DNA of 44,977 nucleotides. It comes from Octopus bimaculoides (Eukaryota). Of this stretch, positions 44,831 through 44,977 are shown one piece after another. Position 1 is the stretch's first letter. Every line of letters starts with the position of its first letter. Below the pieces are notes generated by a model. That model worked only from the letters and a program-made list of their open reading frames with translations, had not been told where the DNA came from and made no database searches. The stretch lies in contig NC_068989.1 of NCBI RefSeq assembly GCF_001194135.2, positions 43,788,410 through 43,833,386 on the forward strand, written 5' to 3'. The position numbers were made by a program, and so were the translations under genes.

Positions 44831-44977
44831 CACAGACACACACGCACACAAACACATACATATTTATATGGAATAGGGATGGATACATTTGCATGTATAT
44901 ATAGATATGAATAAATGCAAAGGCATACATATGTGTGTGCATATTTATACATATACATATATATATATATATATATA

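Overview
AT-rich, gap-containing animal genomic DNA that is almost entirely transposable elements and simple repeats; no host protein-coding exon could be supported, so it is probably intergenic or deep intronic. The repeat repertoire resembles a coleoid cephalopod (octopus-like); this is an inference from the SINE types, not a database result. Contents: at least four tRNA-headed SINE families (labelled A, B, C, F here; many copies, several nested), a decayed RTE LINE with a PHD-like zinc finger plus many RTE-type 3' ends with (ATG)n tails (labelled D), a 5'-truncated Penelope-like element (RT thumb + GIY-YIG), three mariner elements (two with both TIRs and TA TSDs), four MITEs, and mini/microsatellites. 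The most notable signal is three unrelated hammerhead-ribozyme motifs on the + strand within the first 12.2 kb. (1) A fully intact type I hammerhead (7649-7720) lies inside a non-coding, heavily self-complementary 525-bp unit bounded by a 36-bp direct repeat, a candidate retrozyme-like circular RNA element. (2) A minimal dimer-type hammerhead (12097-12142) sits about 85 nt downstream of an intact Pol III A/B-box tRNA head at the 3' end of the Penelope element. (3) A CpG-decayed hammerhead lies at 3281-3385. Most ORFs in the supplied track are artefacts of N gaps or microsatellites. SINE and LINE boundaries are approximate (about +/-10-20 bp); TIR, TSD and ribozyme coordinates were read directly.
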